This document shows positions 1 through 14,184 of a stretch of 64,000 nucleotides of DNA, one piece after another. Both the position numbers and the translations under genes were made by a program. Origin of the DNA: Chrysomallon squamiferum (lineage: Eukaryota; Animalia; Mollusca). The stretch is from contig CM022670.1 of the NCBI GenBank assembly GCA_012295275.1, forward strand, positions 3,038,001-3,102,000, in the 5' to 3' direction. Within the stretch, counting starts at the first letter, position 1, and every line of letters begins with the position of its first letter. The notes below the pieces were generated by a model. The model saw only the letters and a program-made list of their open reading frames with translations, did no database searches and was not told where the DNA came from.

Positions 1-610
1 TGACTGTAACAAAGCGGTTTGCTAAGCAGTCCCATGAAATTCAAACCAGCGTAACGAAAGTTCAGCTCGCGGTGCAAATGATCAAACGTGCATTTAATAA
101 AGGTTAAAGGTTGCTCAGAGCTTCCCTCGCGAGTATCTCCACTCAACATTCGACTCGCAATCTGGTCCCAATTAATTCATTGTCCAGATCAAATCAAAGA
201 TGGTCCAATTTGTTCCATCTGCCGTGAGACAAAACTGATGCAGGAAAGGACGAAATTTAAGACTGCTGTTTATCAATATTGATGCGTAAAACGTGCTGAT
301 GTCTGCAAATGTTGGCTCTTGCGTGCTTCCAGGGTGTAAAGTATCTGTTGCGATTGGCATCAAGTGGTCCTCGCCGTGCAGTGCGATACGTGGACGTGAC
401 GGAGCAAACACGACTCCAGAGAAGTTCACAGAGTTCAGAGTAAAGGTAGAAACTGAACTGGTTGGAGAATCCTCTAAGTCATGCCACGTATATTTGTACG
501 TGTGTGCATATGTATGTGTATAGGTGTAATATTAGACTGCATTTTCAAAAGTGCTTTTAAGTTTTTTTTTTTTTTTTTTTAAAGCAACTATACAGAAAAA
601 AATAAATAAG

Positions 611-697
611 ATGCCATTTTTTTCCAAATCTGCACAGCGCAAATTCTTCCTGGTGCCATTTGTTTTTCAGGTGCCATTTTTTCCAGTGCCGTTTTTT
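611..697. repeat. Four short direct repeats (G/A)TGCC(A/G)TTT, possible DNA-transposon subterminal remnant
   Basis: atgccatttt at ~611, gtgccattt at ~653, gtgccatttt at ~671 and gtgccgtttt at ~687. Confidence 0.5.
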
Positions 698-1014
698 GCA
701 AGTAACATCGACCAAGTAACTTTTAGGACAATACCGATATATCATACATGGTACTGTAAATATATATAACTGTAGAGTTACTTGTTTGTTTAATAATACC
801 CCATCTCAAAACAATGATTAACTCTTGCGTCGTAGAAGTATTCAATTTCAAAAATGGATTCTTTGTTAATACATTGATAATCTGAAATGGTGAACTGTAA
901 GATCTATCCTTACTTCATCTATCTGCATGATATAACCGAGTAAATACTGACAATCACATAATAATGATAATGATAATGATGACGATAATAATAATAACAA
1001 TAATAATAATAATA

Positions 1015-1059
<45 letters not shown>

Positions 1060-1659
1060 CTTAGAAATGGATGTAATTAAGTGATAAAGTATTCGATTGA
1101 GGATCAATGGATTGTCGAACTCAGTATCACGTGACAGGTCACCACGTGTATTTCTGTGCATTTAACGTTAGTGTACTATATAATCACTATATGATCATTT
1201 TAGAAAAGAAACCCTTTGATTAAATACGTTTTCAAATCAAATTAAGTACACTAACCTCAAAAAGTTGCGAAAATTTAAAGATCAGCATTCGATGGTGATG
1301 TTTGTTGATTAATTTTTTTCTCTATTAGACTATCTAAGCAAAAATAGCTTAAGTGACAAATAAAATCATAAATTAAAAAAGTCAGTTTTCTTCAGTTCAG
1401 ATAGCTTTAAGCAAAAAACAAACAAAAACAAAAACAAAAAACATAATAATAATAATAATCAAAATAAAATAAAATAAAATAAAATAATATTGAATAAAAT
1501 TGAATTGAACTGAATTGAATTAAATTAAATTAAATTAAATTAAATTAATAAATAAATAAATATTTTGCATAGCTGGATCAATGTTGATATAATTTAGTTC
1601 CATTTACTAAACCTGAGATTTACCAATACTTATCAATAATAATATTATGTAATAAGAAA

Positions 1660-1834
<175 letters not shown>

Positions 1835-2283
1835 AAAAAAAAATATATATATATGCCTGTTTGTGACTGTCTCTCTGTTTCTGTGACAAGCTGTGACTTA
1901 TGTTTCAGTATCTAGGACTTTACCTGTACAGGTATTTTTGACATTATTTTTCTACATCTTTTATTTTTATCTTTAAAGTATTAATAAATCATACTTATCT
2001 TAACTCAAGGTAACAAAAATGCTATTAATACGAACTTAACATATGCAAATTTCTGCTAAGTTTTTAAATTTTAAAATAGACGAACACCGTCTTCCATAAC
2101 TGGACATTTTGGCAGATGTTTCATTTTTAGACGATCCTTTTGTTCCAGATACGTACGTAATTCATCACCGTGATAAAAGACTTGTCACTTCAGAGTACTG
2201 GAAACGAGAGATCTGCAAGCCTGGGGCCATCGAGACGTTCATCCAAAAATCTCGCCTTTCTGATCCTGCCCATTCATCCTGCA

Positions 2284-2349
2284 CTTTGATATACACTGCG
2301 ACTTACTAATGTTCAATCACTAAGCTTTGATATACACTGTGACTTACTA
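2284..2349. repeat. 25-bp direct repeat, period 41
   Basis: ctttgatatacactgcgacttacta (2284-2308) vs ctttgatatacactgtgacttacta (2325-2349), 1 mismatch. Confidence 0.9.
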
Positions 2350-3851
2350 GATTGAATCAGACGCAGATAGAACGCGAACGCTGGACACAAACACACAGTT
2401 CAGATGAGATTACGCGATTGCTGCTTGCCAGAATATTGATACCGTTTGTCATTTCATGGCGCATTTCTGCTGTGTTGTTTAGTAATCCGTGTTAATTCCA
2501 CCAGACACTTTATACCACCACGTTACTGTGGTCTTTGTGAAGGTTGGGACAGAGGGACTGGAAGGAGTGGATATTGATACAGTCTTCTTTAAATGATTTT
2601 TTGATCGTTCAGAATTTGAGATATGATAAGGATTAATTGGGTACGAGACAGCGATTTGACCATTGCAGTTTGCATCAAAAAGACTAATCTGTCGATTTTT
2701 AGTTAGTGTACTCGACGTTTAGTAACTTTGAGACTTATATTAGTCACAATCGTAAATACAACCTTTTTGTTCCAGCAGTATAACCAGATATATAAATAGT
2801 TTATTTATTAATTTTATTGTTGTTCTTTTATACTTACTAACAAAATATTCTAAATTCATATCCATTATTTGTATACGGTTTACTCATTCGATCCAATTTC
2901 AGATTCATATCAAATCCATCAAGAAATCGTTTTGTTAATCTGGGTTTTGTTAGTGATTCTTCAGAAGCAGTTTAATATTTCTTAGCGGTTTGCATAATGG
3001 CATTGAATTAGTAACGCTGTGGCGAAATGCTTTTAAAATATTGGTTATAAACTATATATGACTGTCTGACAGTGATGTATAAACGCTGTTAATGAAACAG
3101 TTAATATCATCCGTGGAACTAGCTGACAATGATTTCATCTAGACCAAACAGGCTCTCTCTCTCTCTAATTATCAAATTTGTTTTTTGTTGTTATAATTTA
3201 CAGACAGATAAAATTATTACGTATTGTCACACGATCCTCTGTGCATTTGAGAATTGCTTTGTAGATAAGCAATCAATCGTTATCATGAAATAAATGTGAA
3301 AAGATTATTTCGTTGTGAACAGAATGTCGCGACAGAAATAAAGTAATAAAAGCTATGAGTGTGTACGTTTGTGAGTGCATTTTTGAGTTTTATTGTGTAC
3401 ATATGCATGTAGAAAATCAGTATAATTTTGCTACGAAGGACTAGATTTATAACAAAAAAAACAACACTTTATTTTATTTAAATTAAATTATTTATTTATT
3501 TATTACATTGTTTATTTATTTAATAATATTATTAGTAGTAGTATTCAGTATTAAAATAGAAGAAAAGCGAGAGAGAAATTAGTGTTTAATTCTTAATATT
3601 CGTATAATTTTATTCTCAGAAATAATAACTTGATACTAATTCTGAACTTTATTATTTTTTTGTTTCCTTTGTTTAATCCACGATCCCGGATAATAAAACA
3701 GAATTACTTTAATCTAAAACTCAGATAAATTACTGACTGACAGCCAATATCGACTAACACTTCAATGTTTCTACAATTATAGGGGTGACGAACTTTCGGG
3801 GCTAATTAATAATTAATTAATTCTCGTTTCCGAACGTGATTATCGCGAGTC

Positions 3852-4046
3852 GCTCACGAGACTTGATGTGACAGATCGTGCTGGCATCGTGAGCTTGACC
3901 ATGTTCGACCGTGACATGGTCATACCGTAACGGTTTATGCGCCACCTAGGAAAATACCTTTGGATTATCTCCTCTTTGTCTCGCTTCAAGTCGAGGCCAA
4001 ATCGAGCGGGAAAGCATGCGTGACGTCTGATCCCGCTGCTTGATTT
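3852..4046. other. CpG-rich island with a series of inverted repeats (candidate structured RNA or regulatory module)
   Basis: gctcacga/tcgtgagc (3852-3894), tgaccatgt/acatggtca (3896-3922), accg/cggt (3924-3934) and agcggga/tcccgct (4005-4037), the last extended by aaatcg/tgattt; TGACGTC lies in the last loop. Confidence 0.45.
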
Positions 4047-4389
4047 TCGTTTTCAGATTAAATGACAGGGCAATAACTTCAGTGTCAGTTGACGAGTTTA
4101 ATCAATGGAAGATATCGAATCGGTTACTGGAGAATCCTGGAGCATTCTTCTACAAACCGAATGAGCTTCGAAAGTTGCATTAGCAACACAACTGCATGTG
4201 TAAGATACCGTCAGTTTGATTTCTAAACGTTACTTAGCTTATTAACAGCCAACAAAGACTCGATGTCAGTTTCAAAGATAAATCCGTTTAGGTGTTCACA
4301 ATGGTGAATCATTTTTCATTATAATGATTGAGAAAAAAAAAAATAATAATAATGAATTTTTTTTGTAAATAAATAATTAAATAACTACA

Positions 4390-4422
<33 letters not shown>

Positions 4423-4429
4423 GCTACCA

Positions 4430-4513
<84 letters not shown>

Positions 4514-4745
4514 ATAATAATAATAATAATAATAACAAAATAAGTAAATAAAAAATAGAAGCACCGGTATACTGTAAAGTACTGAAGCGGAATTTGAATC
4601 TGGTTGATATGGAAGTTGTCTGAGGAATTTTTGTCGTTTTCGTTTATTTATTTATTTATCTATATATTCAGTTAGTTAGTTAGTTAGTTAGTTTTATTAT
4701 CTGATAACGAAACATTAATATATGTTTACAATTGATGACTTATCT

Positions 4746-4801
<56 letters not shown>

Positions 4802-5084
4802 AAGAAAGCTTCATTCTTTTCTTAATTTATTCATCATTTATCCGTTCAGTAATCACAATCATTTCAGTAATTATTCAAAATACTGTAGTGGATATTAATA
4901 ATAAATATATAAACAGAATATAACTAATCGTATACATGTATAATGCGCAAAACATTCAGTTTCGTCTATCTGTACAAAATAATTGCTAAGTTTGTAAATT
5001 GATGTGTCTGTTATAAAGATTAATGGTCTTATAATAAATAGTAACTATCTTTCAGTTATAAATGTGTAAAAGAAATTGAAGGCA

Positions 5085-5182
<98 letters not shown>

Positions 5183-5986
5183 TATTGGAAAAGAAAAACC
5201 AAAAAAAGGGAAAGAAAGCAAAGGAAACGAAAACATCGATATTAATTCGAGGATATGAATAAAGAAGTTAATCAAAAGAAAACAGATCTTTAACCCTTTT
5301 CCTTTTAATCCATTCGCATAATTCAAATAATTATAACTCAATCGCGTTAGTTCGCTTCAAGCATATTTGCATTAAAACACCTGCTATTAGTTTTAGACCA
5401 GATATACATAGTAATTAAAACAAGCGTGCGTTTAAAACAGCGGGGAAACCTTTCTTTCCGGTACAAACGCAGTTATTTACTTCGGATCAAAAGACACGAG
5501 ACAAATTATACGAAACTAATTTTCTTCTATCTTCGTTCGCTGAATCATTGTTCTGCGCAAGTCCCCTAGGAGATTCTGTGTTCGGCTTTTTCCGGTGCCT
5601 TACGCCGCTTTCACTGACTGTCAATTCTCGTCTCGTCAAACTTCGTGCGAACGACTTTCCAACAAACAAGCAACGTTTCAAATATGACAGTGAATTTGTG
5701 ACCGGCTTCAATTAGGATATAATTAACGATTTTCTGTTCTTTTCTCTTTTGGTCTGACATCAGATCCCGAGATACCAGAAGCCGAATATTACTGTACCGT
5801 CAACGGCTGCACTTATTATCTGGTCTCAACCCACAATTAGATTTCCACACAATGAGAAGCCCGGTTTTGTAAGGTGTCGCCGAGTTAGATAGCTATATCA
5901 TTATTTTTCACCACATTTATTACTGATTAGCATAAGGTTCACTAGCTAAGTTACAGTGATAGTAGAGAGAGAGAGAGAGAGAGAGA

Positions 5987-6399
<413 letters not shown>

Positions 6400-6865
6400 A
6401 CATGTTAAAATAAAAAAAATAAAAATTCTCACAAAACGTTTTTCCTGTAGACAGTGATCTGACGGAAATTACGTGATATAGGAAGATTTTGTCATAATGT
6501 GCACAAAGATTTGAAGTCGGATAATCTGAAAAGGTTGCTGACCATTGTGTAATACCAGATATGTGTATTCCACTGAGATTTTCTAAATACTTGAAAGGAT
6601 AGAATCGTAATTGTTTTTGTTTTTTTAAATATAGAGCAAAAACTAAGTTAATACTCTGTATTTGCTGAACAAATTTCTTGGTGCTTTTCAGTGTTTTGGG
6701 AAGTGTTCGTTTAAGTAAAAATGAAAACGGGAAGAGTTTGAAATCTTGATGATTTCTGGGAATAGTAGAAAAGAGTAATGGAATGAGTGAATGAATAATA
6801 GAGTATGAGTGAGAAAGAGGGAAAGATTAAGTGAAAAAGAGAAAGATAGATAAGGAGAGAGAGCG

Positions 6866-6946
<81 letters not shown>

Positions 6947-7364
6947 AAACTTTAACGATATTTCAGAATGTTGTTTTTGCTGTTATTATTATTATTATTA
7001 CACAAAAAGCATCTCTTACAAAAAGAAAGTTAGTGAAATCATTATTTTATTAGTTAATGCACTACTAAAGAAATATCTGTGTTTCTGAATAGTTTTCACG
7101 TCCTTTTCGCTGTATGTTCACTTTTTGCTACGAATGTTAAAGTACTACTACTACTACTAATAATAATAAGACCAAGTTATGCTATAAATGCTATTAGGTT
7201 CCGATCCGTGTAAGGGAGATAACCCGATGTTTAAAAATCATTTGTTTCCCCTTGGCTTTGATACATAAATAATGATACCGATTTATAGTAACTCAGTCTT
7301 TTAAGAGTTTTGAGACTCCTCAACACATTTCGAAATAAATTACATTCTAAAATAGCTTATATTT

Positions 7365-7805
7365 TTAATACTGGGGTTTAAAATTCAATAATTCAATAGA
7401 AAAATTGTACTTCTTATCTTCATTTTTATTCAGCCACAATGACTCTAGGTCTTTCTGAAAATGTCTTTGGTTGTTTTCTAAAGAGTTTGCCACAGCCATC
7501 TTGATAAATGTGACAATGTCTGAAGATTCTGCCACAGAACTTTCGTTTCTACAGTTCACCGCTCTGTGGTCAGTGGAAACTAAAAAATTATTTTCAAATA
7601 CTGATGGTTCCATTTTCTCTGAAGGACACAAGCGAGACGTTTTCTCCCCCAGGGTCGGAAGTTCCGTGGTTTCGATTACGCCATTCTTCGCCGTAATGAC
7701 GTCATCAAAAAGTCTTTGTATGACCTTTAACCCATATTTGATAACGAAAAGAACGGAAAAGAGTGTGTTTCTGACTGCAGAGTTTCTTGACAAGACGTTG
7801 CCGAC
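7365..7805 (-). CDS. Gene A terminal coding exon: uncharacterised protein with N-terminal membrane anchor (paralog of gene B)
   Basis: Acceptor tttag|GTC at 7806/7805 in phase 0, open for 146 codons to TAA; C-terminus QRHFQKDLESLWLNKNEDKKYNFSIELLNF aligns with gene B HRQFQKDLKAIIAKQMENNEQKKYNLNLQLMNL; GLK and EKTS motifs also shared. Confidence 0.75.
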   Translation of the reverse strand, partial: VGNVLSRNSAVRNTLFSVLFVIKYGLKVIQRLFDDVITAKNGVIETTELPTLGEKTSRLCPSEKMEPSVFENNFLVSTDHRAVNCRNESSVAESSDIVTFIKMAVANSLENNQRHFQKDLESLWLNKNEDKKYNFSIELLNFKPQY

Positions 7806-8268
7806 CTAAATTTGTAAACAGTAAAAATAGTAATTACAGATAGAGATATGTAGAAATACAGAAATCCGAATAAGTATACACATATATATCTGAATACATA
7901 CATACATACACAGACACATACATATATATACATATATACATACATAGACATACATACGTATATACATATATACATACATAGACATACATACATACATACA
8001 TACATACATACATACATACATACATACATACATACATAAATAAATACATACATAAACACATTCATACACACATACATACATAAACAGACGTACACTCATA
8101 TGCATGCAATGACAATATTTAATGCTAATATTAATCCTACTTGTAACAGAGTTAATGAAAATTAAGAGATATCTGAAAATTAAAACTTTAGGAGCAAAAT
8201 GATGATGAAGATTAATAACAGGAATATACGAACAATCTGTATTAAAGTATAATTAATCAAAAACGTAC

Positions 8269-8349
8269 ATACAAACCAGTCACAAGTACACATATGATGT
8301 ACACAGTGAAAACAAGAATATCTTTGATATAAGATTCTACGATTTCCAT
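8269..8349 (-). CDS. Gene A first coding exon, MEIVESYIKDILVFTVYIICVLVTGLY (hydrophobic anchor)
   Basis: ATG at 8349 (acaaATGg), phase-0 donor GTACGT at 8268; FTVYIICVLVTGLY aligns with gene B FGIYYFFLFATGVM at the same exon end. Confidence 0.6.
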
Positions 8350-9957
8350 TTGTTACAAAATAGAACACAAATACGTCCGTTGTTTTCTTTTCTTACAGTT
8401 TAGCTGGAATATTTAATTTTGTATTCAACAGCTTTATCAGCTGAAAGTCGGTTAGTATCGAGCGTTAACGACTGGACAAAAGGCTCACCAAATACTGACC
8501 AGAAATTAGGGTGTTGCCTGGAATTTGATAATGTATGAATAGTGTCAAACTGTAATTGATTAGTCTTGACCCTTGACGCCTTGTTGTAAAGTCGGTGGCC
8601 GGTTTTGTTCAAGCTGAGATAAAGATTAAGATTCGATACTGTTTGTTTGTTGTTGTTTTTTTCTTTTGTTTTGATATTAGGAAATTAGGAACTTTACTAT
8701 TAGTAGTACTAATGCTGCTACTTGTAACGACAATAACAGAAACAATATTAGTAGTGATGGTAGCAACGGTAGTTGTTATTCAGTAAAGGAAATAATTATA
8801 GCTGAATAGAAATATATAAATATGAAAGTAAGTGCCAGAGAGATAATTAATGATGATAACAATGATAACAATAACAACAACAACAACAACAACAACAACA
8901 ATAATAATCATAATAATAATAATAATAATAATAATAATTTTTTGTTTTTTCAACTCTGAGACACATATACAGAATAATATTTATTATACAATTTAACATA
9001 TTTACATCTCCACGAACTTATTATAAAAGATGACTTAATTCAGGTTTGAAGATTTGTAAAAACGAGACAATTGTTGTTGTGTTTTTTTTTCACAGTTTTG
9101 TTGATTCAAAAATCTGAAAGAGCTTATTTAACTGTTTAACAACAACAACAATAAAATTACAAAACCAAACAAACATTATTTTCATTAACACATTCATTTT
9201 ATTTTCGATGAACACAAATGTACATTAAGATACAAATATAGAAATACGACATTTGAAATGAGACAAGAATCACGTACATTATTTTACAACATCTTACCAT
9301 AAATGCATTAACCAAACTAATCTCTGTATAATGATGATAAGCTCATGATTCAGTATGAACAATCTATTGCACTAATGTATTAATACTTTGCGTCTTAAAT
9401 ATTTTGCAGAAATATATAAATATATGGTAATTTTTAAAGAGGGAAAAAAAAAAAAAAAAAAAAAAAAAAGAAAGAAAGAAAAATAAATAATTTAAATAAA
9501 ATTTTACAAGAAATTAAAAAACACTAATAAAAATACATATCCCCCTTAATATACCGGAATAAAATGATAAATTCATTCTTTTTCTTCTTGTAAATTATCG
9601 AAAATTCTCAATTCTATGATGAAATGTGAGGTATACATAGATAAGCAAAATGGTTTCATTATTTTCAAAAAGGCTTCATAGAACAATTTCTGTACAGTTA
9701 ATTAAAGGTGAATATATTATTTTCTATTGTTAAGAATAATATACACTTTGTGTTTTAGTTTAGATATACTGTTTGGTTTCTGAAAAGAAATTCATAGATA
9801 AGTAATAAATAAACACTGATTATAAAGTTTCAGTTTGTGTTCGGTTATTAAAGTAAAATTTAAATAGGATAAAATATTACTTATTTTTCATTTTCATGTT
9901 TGCTCAGTGTTTCATATAGAAACTATTTTTTTTAGAAATATAATATATAATACAAAA

Positions 9958-9988
<31 letters not shown>

Positions 9989-10156
9989 ATTTTTTGCAAC
10001 TAATAATCATAATTATTTCAGCATTTCTGTCCAAATAAAACGTATGAATAGGACTATATATTTTCTTTTCTTTTTTCATTCTCTTTTTGGTTGCATAGTT
10101 TAAATCTTCATATAAAGCCCAGTTTGAATGTACACCACAATTTGTATTTCACGGAT

Positions 10157-10184
<28 letters not shown>

Positions 10185-10193
<9 letters not shown>

Positions 10194-10610
10194 GGCACCA
10201 AGATTCATCAACTGTAGGTTCAGATTATATTTCTTTTGTTCGTTGTTTTCCATCTGCTTGGCTATTATCGCTTTCAAGTCTTTCTGAAACTGTCTGTGAG
10301 CGGCTTTCATTGTGACGTCAACAGTAAGGGCCACGATGTTCTGAATTGACGTCACATCCATCGACAACGACTGACTGGCGGCTAGAATATTCTGGAGTTC
10401 CAGTTCTTCTGGGGAATCCAAACTTTCTCTTGAGTTTGATGCCAGTGACGTCTTCTCAGTTTCAGCATCGTTTTCCTGTTGTTGGCCGCCATCTTGAATT
10501 GCCCTGTCCATTTCGCTGACGCTGGCCACCATCTTGAGTCCAATGTTCTGTATTTCCGTTACACACGTCATCACCATCTGCATGAGAGGCTTCTTCGTCA
10601 ACATTCCAAA
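10185..10610 (-). CDS. Gene B terminal coding exon: uncharacterised membrane-anchored protein
   Basis: Acceptor ctgcag|TTT GGA ATG at 10611/10610 in phase 0, 141 codons to TAA, GC-elevated non-repetitive sequence, paralogy to gene A. Confidence 0.8.
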
Positions 10611-11057
10611 CTGCAGTCAAAAATAAAGTTGTGATTAGCTTTCGTCGGTGAGAAGATAAATATAACTGTAGGTGTTGACGTTAAATGTAGCATTCACATT
10701 AATTTGTTAGTTCAATGTCAGAATTTGTTAACCAGCCTACATTCTATTACGTACGTAATGTACGGATGTGGGTGGCTGTATGTGAGAAAAACCTTGCTTT
10801 CTGATTTTAATGAATTTAAAATATGTTTGTATGTGTAACGTAAATAATATATGTATATGTCAGACTGGTATATTTCTAATAATGTTTGCAAACGAAGACA
10901 AAATCAAGGTAGATAAAATTAACATTGAACTGTCTGTTGTGTTACACAGTAAATTAAAATTAATTACATAAATGAATGTAGATAGGCAAATAGATTAAGC
11001 TGATAGACAGATAGATAGATAGAAAGGTAGATAGATAGATAGATACTTTGATAGATG

Positions 11058-11113
<56 letters not shown>

Positions 11114-11276
11114 GATAGATAGATAGATAGACAGATAGATAGATAGACAGATCATAAACACATACATATATAGACAGACATACACATTGATAGTCGGATA
11201 GATAACTAATTTTGAATTTAGAAGCTCCTTTCAAGTGTTTTAGCCAGCTAGAGCTAAGATTAAAACATTCACTTAC

Positions 11277-11306
11277 CATTGGTTTTATAAGCTTCAATGC
11301 CAGTTT
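11277..11306 (-). CDS. Gene B 30-nt micro-exon KLALKLIKPM
   Basis: Strong acceptor ttttcttacag and consensus donor ATG|GTAAGT; phase 0-0, matching the flanking exons. Confidence 0.7.
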
Positions 11307-11848
11307 CTGTAAGAAAATAACAACTTGTTGAAACACAATACCAGAAATTACAATTTACACAAATATGAAGTGAAAAAACCCACCTCGGTTTTACTGTTAA
11401 AGTAATACAACACTGGTAATACTTATTTTCGAATCATTATTTTATTTTATTTTTATTTTTATTTTTATTTTTATTTTTATTTTTATTTTTATTTTTATTT
11501 TTATTTTTTTATTTTTTATTTTTATTTTTATTTTTTTATTTTTATTTTTATTTTTATTTTGAAAAGTTTAAATTGTTTATTCTGTTTAAAATGATTTAAA
11601 GTATATGATCTAAAAAACAACACAGTCTTGAAAAGTTTAAATAAGGCATTACAGAAAAATGAAATCAATACGTTTACAAGACACTTACATTTAACAAGTT
11701 TTAAATATTTCACATTATCATAAATATTATTTAGATAAATTCATCGCAGAAATCGGTAATCTTAACATAACGTGAACAAAAGTAAATAAATAAATATATA
11801 TATTTCACAAACAGTAAACTCAAACATTAAGGTTTCAATTATACTGAC

Positions 11849-11953
11849 CATCACCCCAGTCGCAAACAAGAAGAAGTAATAAATTCCGAACGCAGCTAAT
11901 TCCACCAAACTGAGATTGGCTACAGGCTTCGCCAGTTTCATGTTCTCCGTCAT
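11849..11953 (-). CDS. Gene B first coding exon, MTENMKLAKPVANLSLVELAAFGIYYFFLFATGVM (hydrophobic anchor)
   Basis: ATG at 11953 preceded by a tandem acceptor tttttctagcag (implies an upstream UTR exon); phase-0 donor ATG|GTCAGT at 11848. Confidence 0.7.
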
Positions 11954-12414
11954 TGTATCTGCTAGAAAAAAACCCAAAACACACGTCAGCTGTATACTCA
12001 AGTTGAAATAATTATGAGATGTTACGCATCGAAGATGGTGGTCTTAAATAACGCAAGTTTACCGTTGCCCCTGGTATTACACGTAGTTCAGTCTCTGTTG
12101 TGTTACTGTCATTGAAAACAACAGACTTTAACTGGCAGTGTAACTAAACAATTAAGGAGGGGGTAACAACACGTAAGTTTAAACAATGGAGAAGGTCGTG
12201 ATTGCTGGTCAAAAGTGGAGTATTTGTATTATCAGGGTTAATTAGGATAATCCGTGTGGATTTAGTAACTTGTTGTCTTTTTTTTTTTTTTTTTTCTTTG
12301 TTATTTTGTTGTTTTGTTGTTGAAAATTTTACTCCTTTAGTCGTGTTGTTTGAGACGTATGGATAGACATTAATAAAATAATTTGTCTGAATGTATCTGT
12401 AATAGCTGTAAAGG

Positions 12415-12544
<130 letters not shown>

Positions 12545-13138
12545 ATTGTTAATATATATAATTTCCGTTTGTAAATTACCTTTTATTTACTGGCTGCTAT
12601 CTGTTTTCCAGTAATTAAAAAAGACATCTCTTATAATTAGCATGTTGAGCATGTTTTGGCATGATAGAAAGAGTGAAATTACAGAACATAAAACTCGATA
12701 ATGAAGTCCAATCATAGAATAATAGAAAACAAATAAATAAGTGAAATGGTGATGATGATAATAATACCAGTAACCTCAGTTAGACGCATACGTATACACA
12801 TACCTATATATATACCCTTACATAAGTATATAAACGTATTCATAAGTACAACCATATACATACATACATACATGCAAACATATTTTTATTTAGTTCTTTT
12901 CTATCATTTGCAAAACTGTTAACTTCTTTCTTTCTTACCGTTTCTATTTCGTCTGTCTATCTACTGTTGAGTTTCTGTTGTCATGCAGTGTTAATTAACA
13001 GATGTTTCTGAATAACACTAATTGTGTTCAGTCACACCTCTCAACCCCTCCCATGTCACACCTTTCTTTAGATCACTGATGTAACTGAACAGTGACATTA
13101 CGTGTAATAGCTGGTCACAAGTACAACACTTGTGATAA

Positions 13139-13141
<3 letters not shown>

Positions 13142-13227
<86 letters not shown>

Positions 13228-13304
13228 TGTGAGCACGTTTCTGTCTTTCTGTCTCTTTCTTTATCTGTCTCTTATTCTCTCTCTTTTGTAGATACAAAAA
13301 TATC

Positions 13305-13352
<48 letters not shown>

Positions 13353-13398
13353 TTGTTGTTATTGTTATTACTGTTATTACTGTTATTATTTATTTATT

Positions 13399-13447
<49 letters not shown>

Positions 13448-13540
13448 CGTTGAAAACATTTTTAAAAAGTCACAAAATACCAGCAGAGATTTATTCATTT
13501 CCGATATAGCATAATTTTCTTTGGAAATTTCTTTTAAAAC
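13142..13540 (-). repeat. Right arm of ~400-bp inverted repeat (partner 5987-6397)
   Basis: Ends ataattttctttggaaatttcttttaaaac, the reverse complement of the start of the left arm at 5987. Confidence 0.95.
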
Positions 13541-13734
13541 CGTCGACGAAAGTTAATTATTGTGAAGGAAAGAAAGGATAAGATAAGTAACGATCCCGAA
13601 ATTCATCAATCGACATCAAAGAGTGAAATGTGTGATTATCATAATTAATTTTTTTTTTTTTTTTTCCGATTTTCCTGAATACTTTGTTACAAAGCATTCG
13701 TACCTGTATTTATTTATTTATTTATTTATTGATT

Positions 13735-13769
<35 letters not shown>

Positions 13770-14151
13770 TTTGGATATTTTTTCCAAAGATTTGAGATAT
13801 ACGTAATACCCGCCTAAGATTTATTACTTTTTAGTTCAGTACTGTCTGGCAGTTTCTTACGCATATCCGTTCCTTTTACGCAGATTCACCTAGCAACAAT
13901 CGTCATGGAAACAAAGCGAAATAAACTCGTTGTCATGGAGCCGCCTCCAAGTTACAACGAAAAGAAGAGTCAGTTTGTCACACACCGTGATTAGAATGTT
14001 GTATTAGATCTGAAATCACATATTCCATTATTTATGCTGCTGGTTTTTCCTTTCCATTTATAGTTTTAAACTACTTACTAAAAATCTGTTATACTATTTT
14101 ATTTCATTTTATTTTGTTTTATTTTATTATATATATTTTTTTTTTTTTTTT

Positions 14152-14184
<33 letters not shown>

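Noticed and set aside
88-523. Three short ORFs in a complex-sequence island at the window start
   Set aside because: Non-ATG starts, no convincing splice sites and no recognisable homology; cannot be supported
2109-2309. 66-aa ORF
   Set aside because: TTG start with an in-frame stop just upstream; no recognisable homology
2284-2349. Repeat-spacer-repeat resembling CRISPR
   Set aside because: Only two copies, eukaryotic context and no cas genes; a simple tandem duplication
7471-7809. 112-aa plus-strand ORF
   Set aside because: Antisense shadow of the gene A exon
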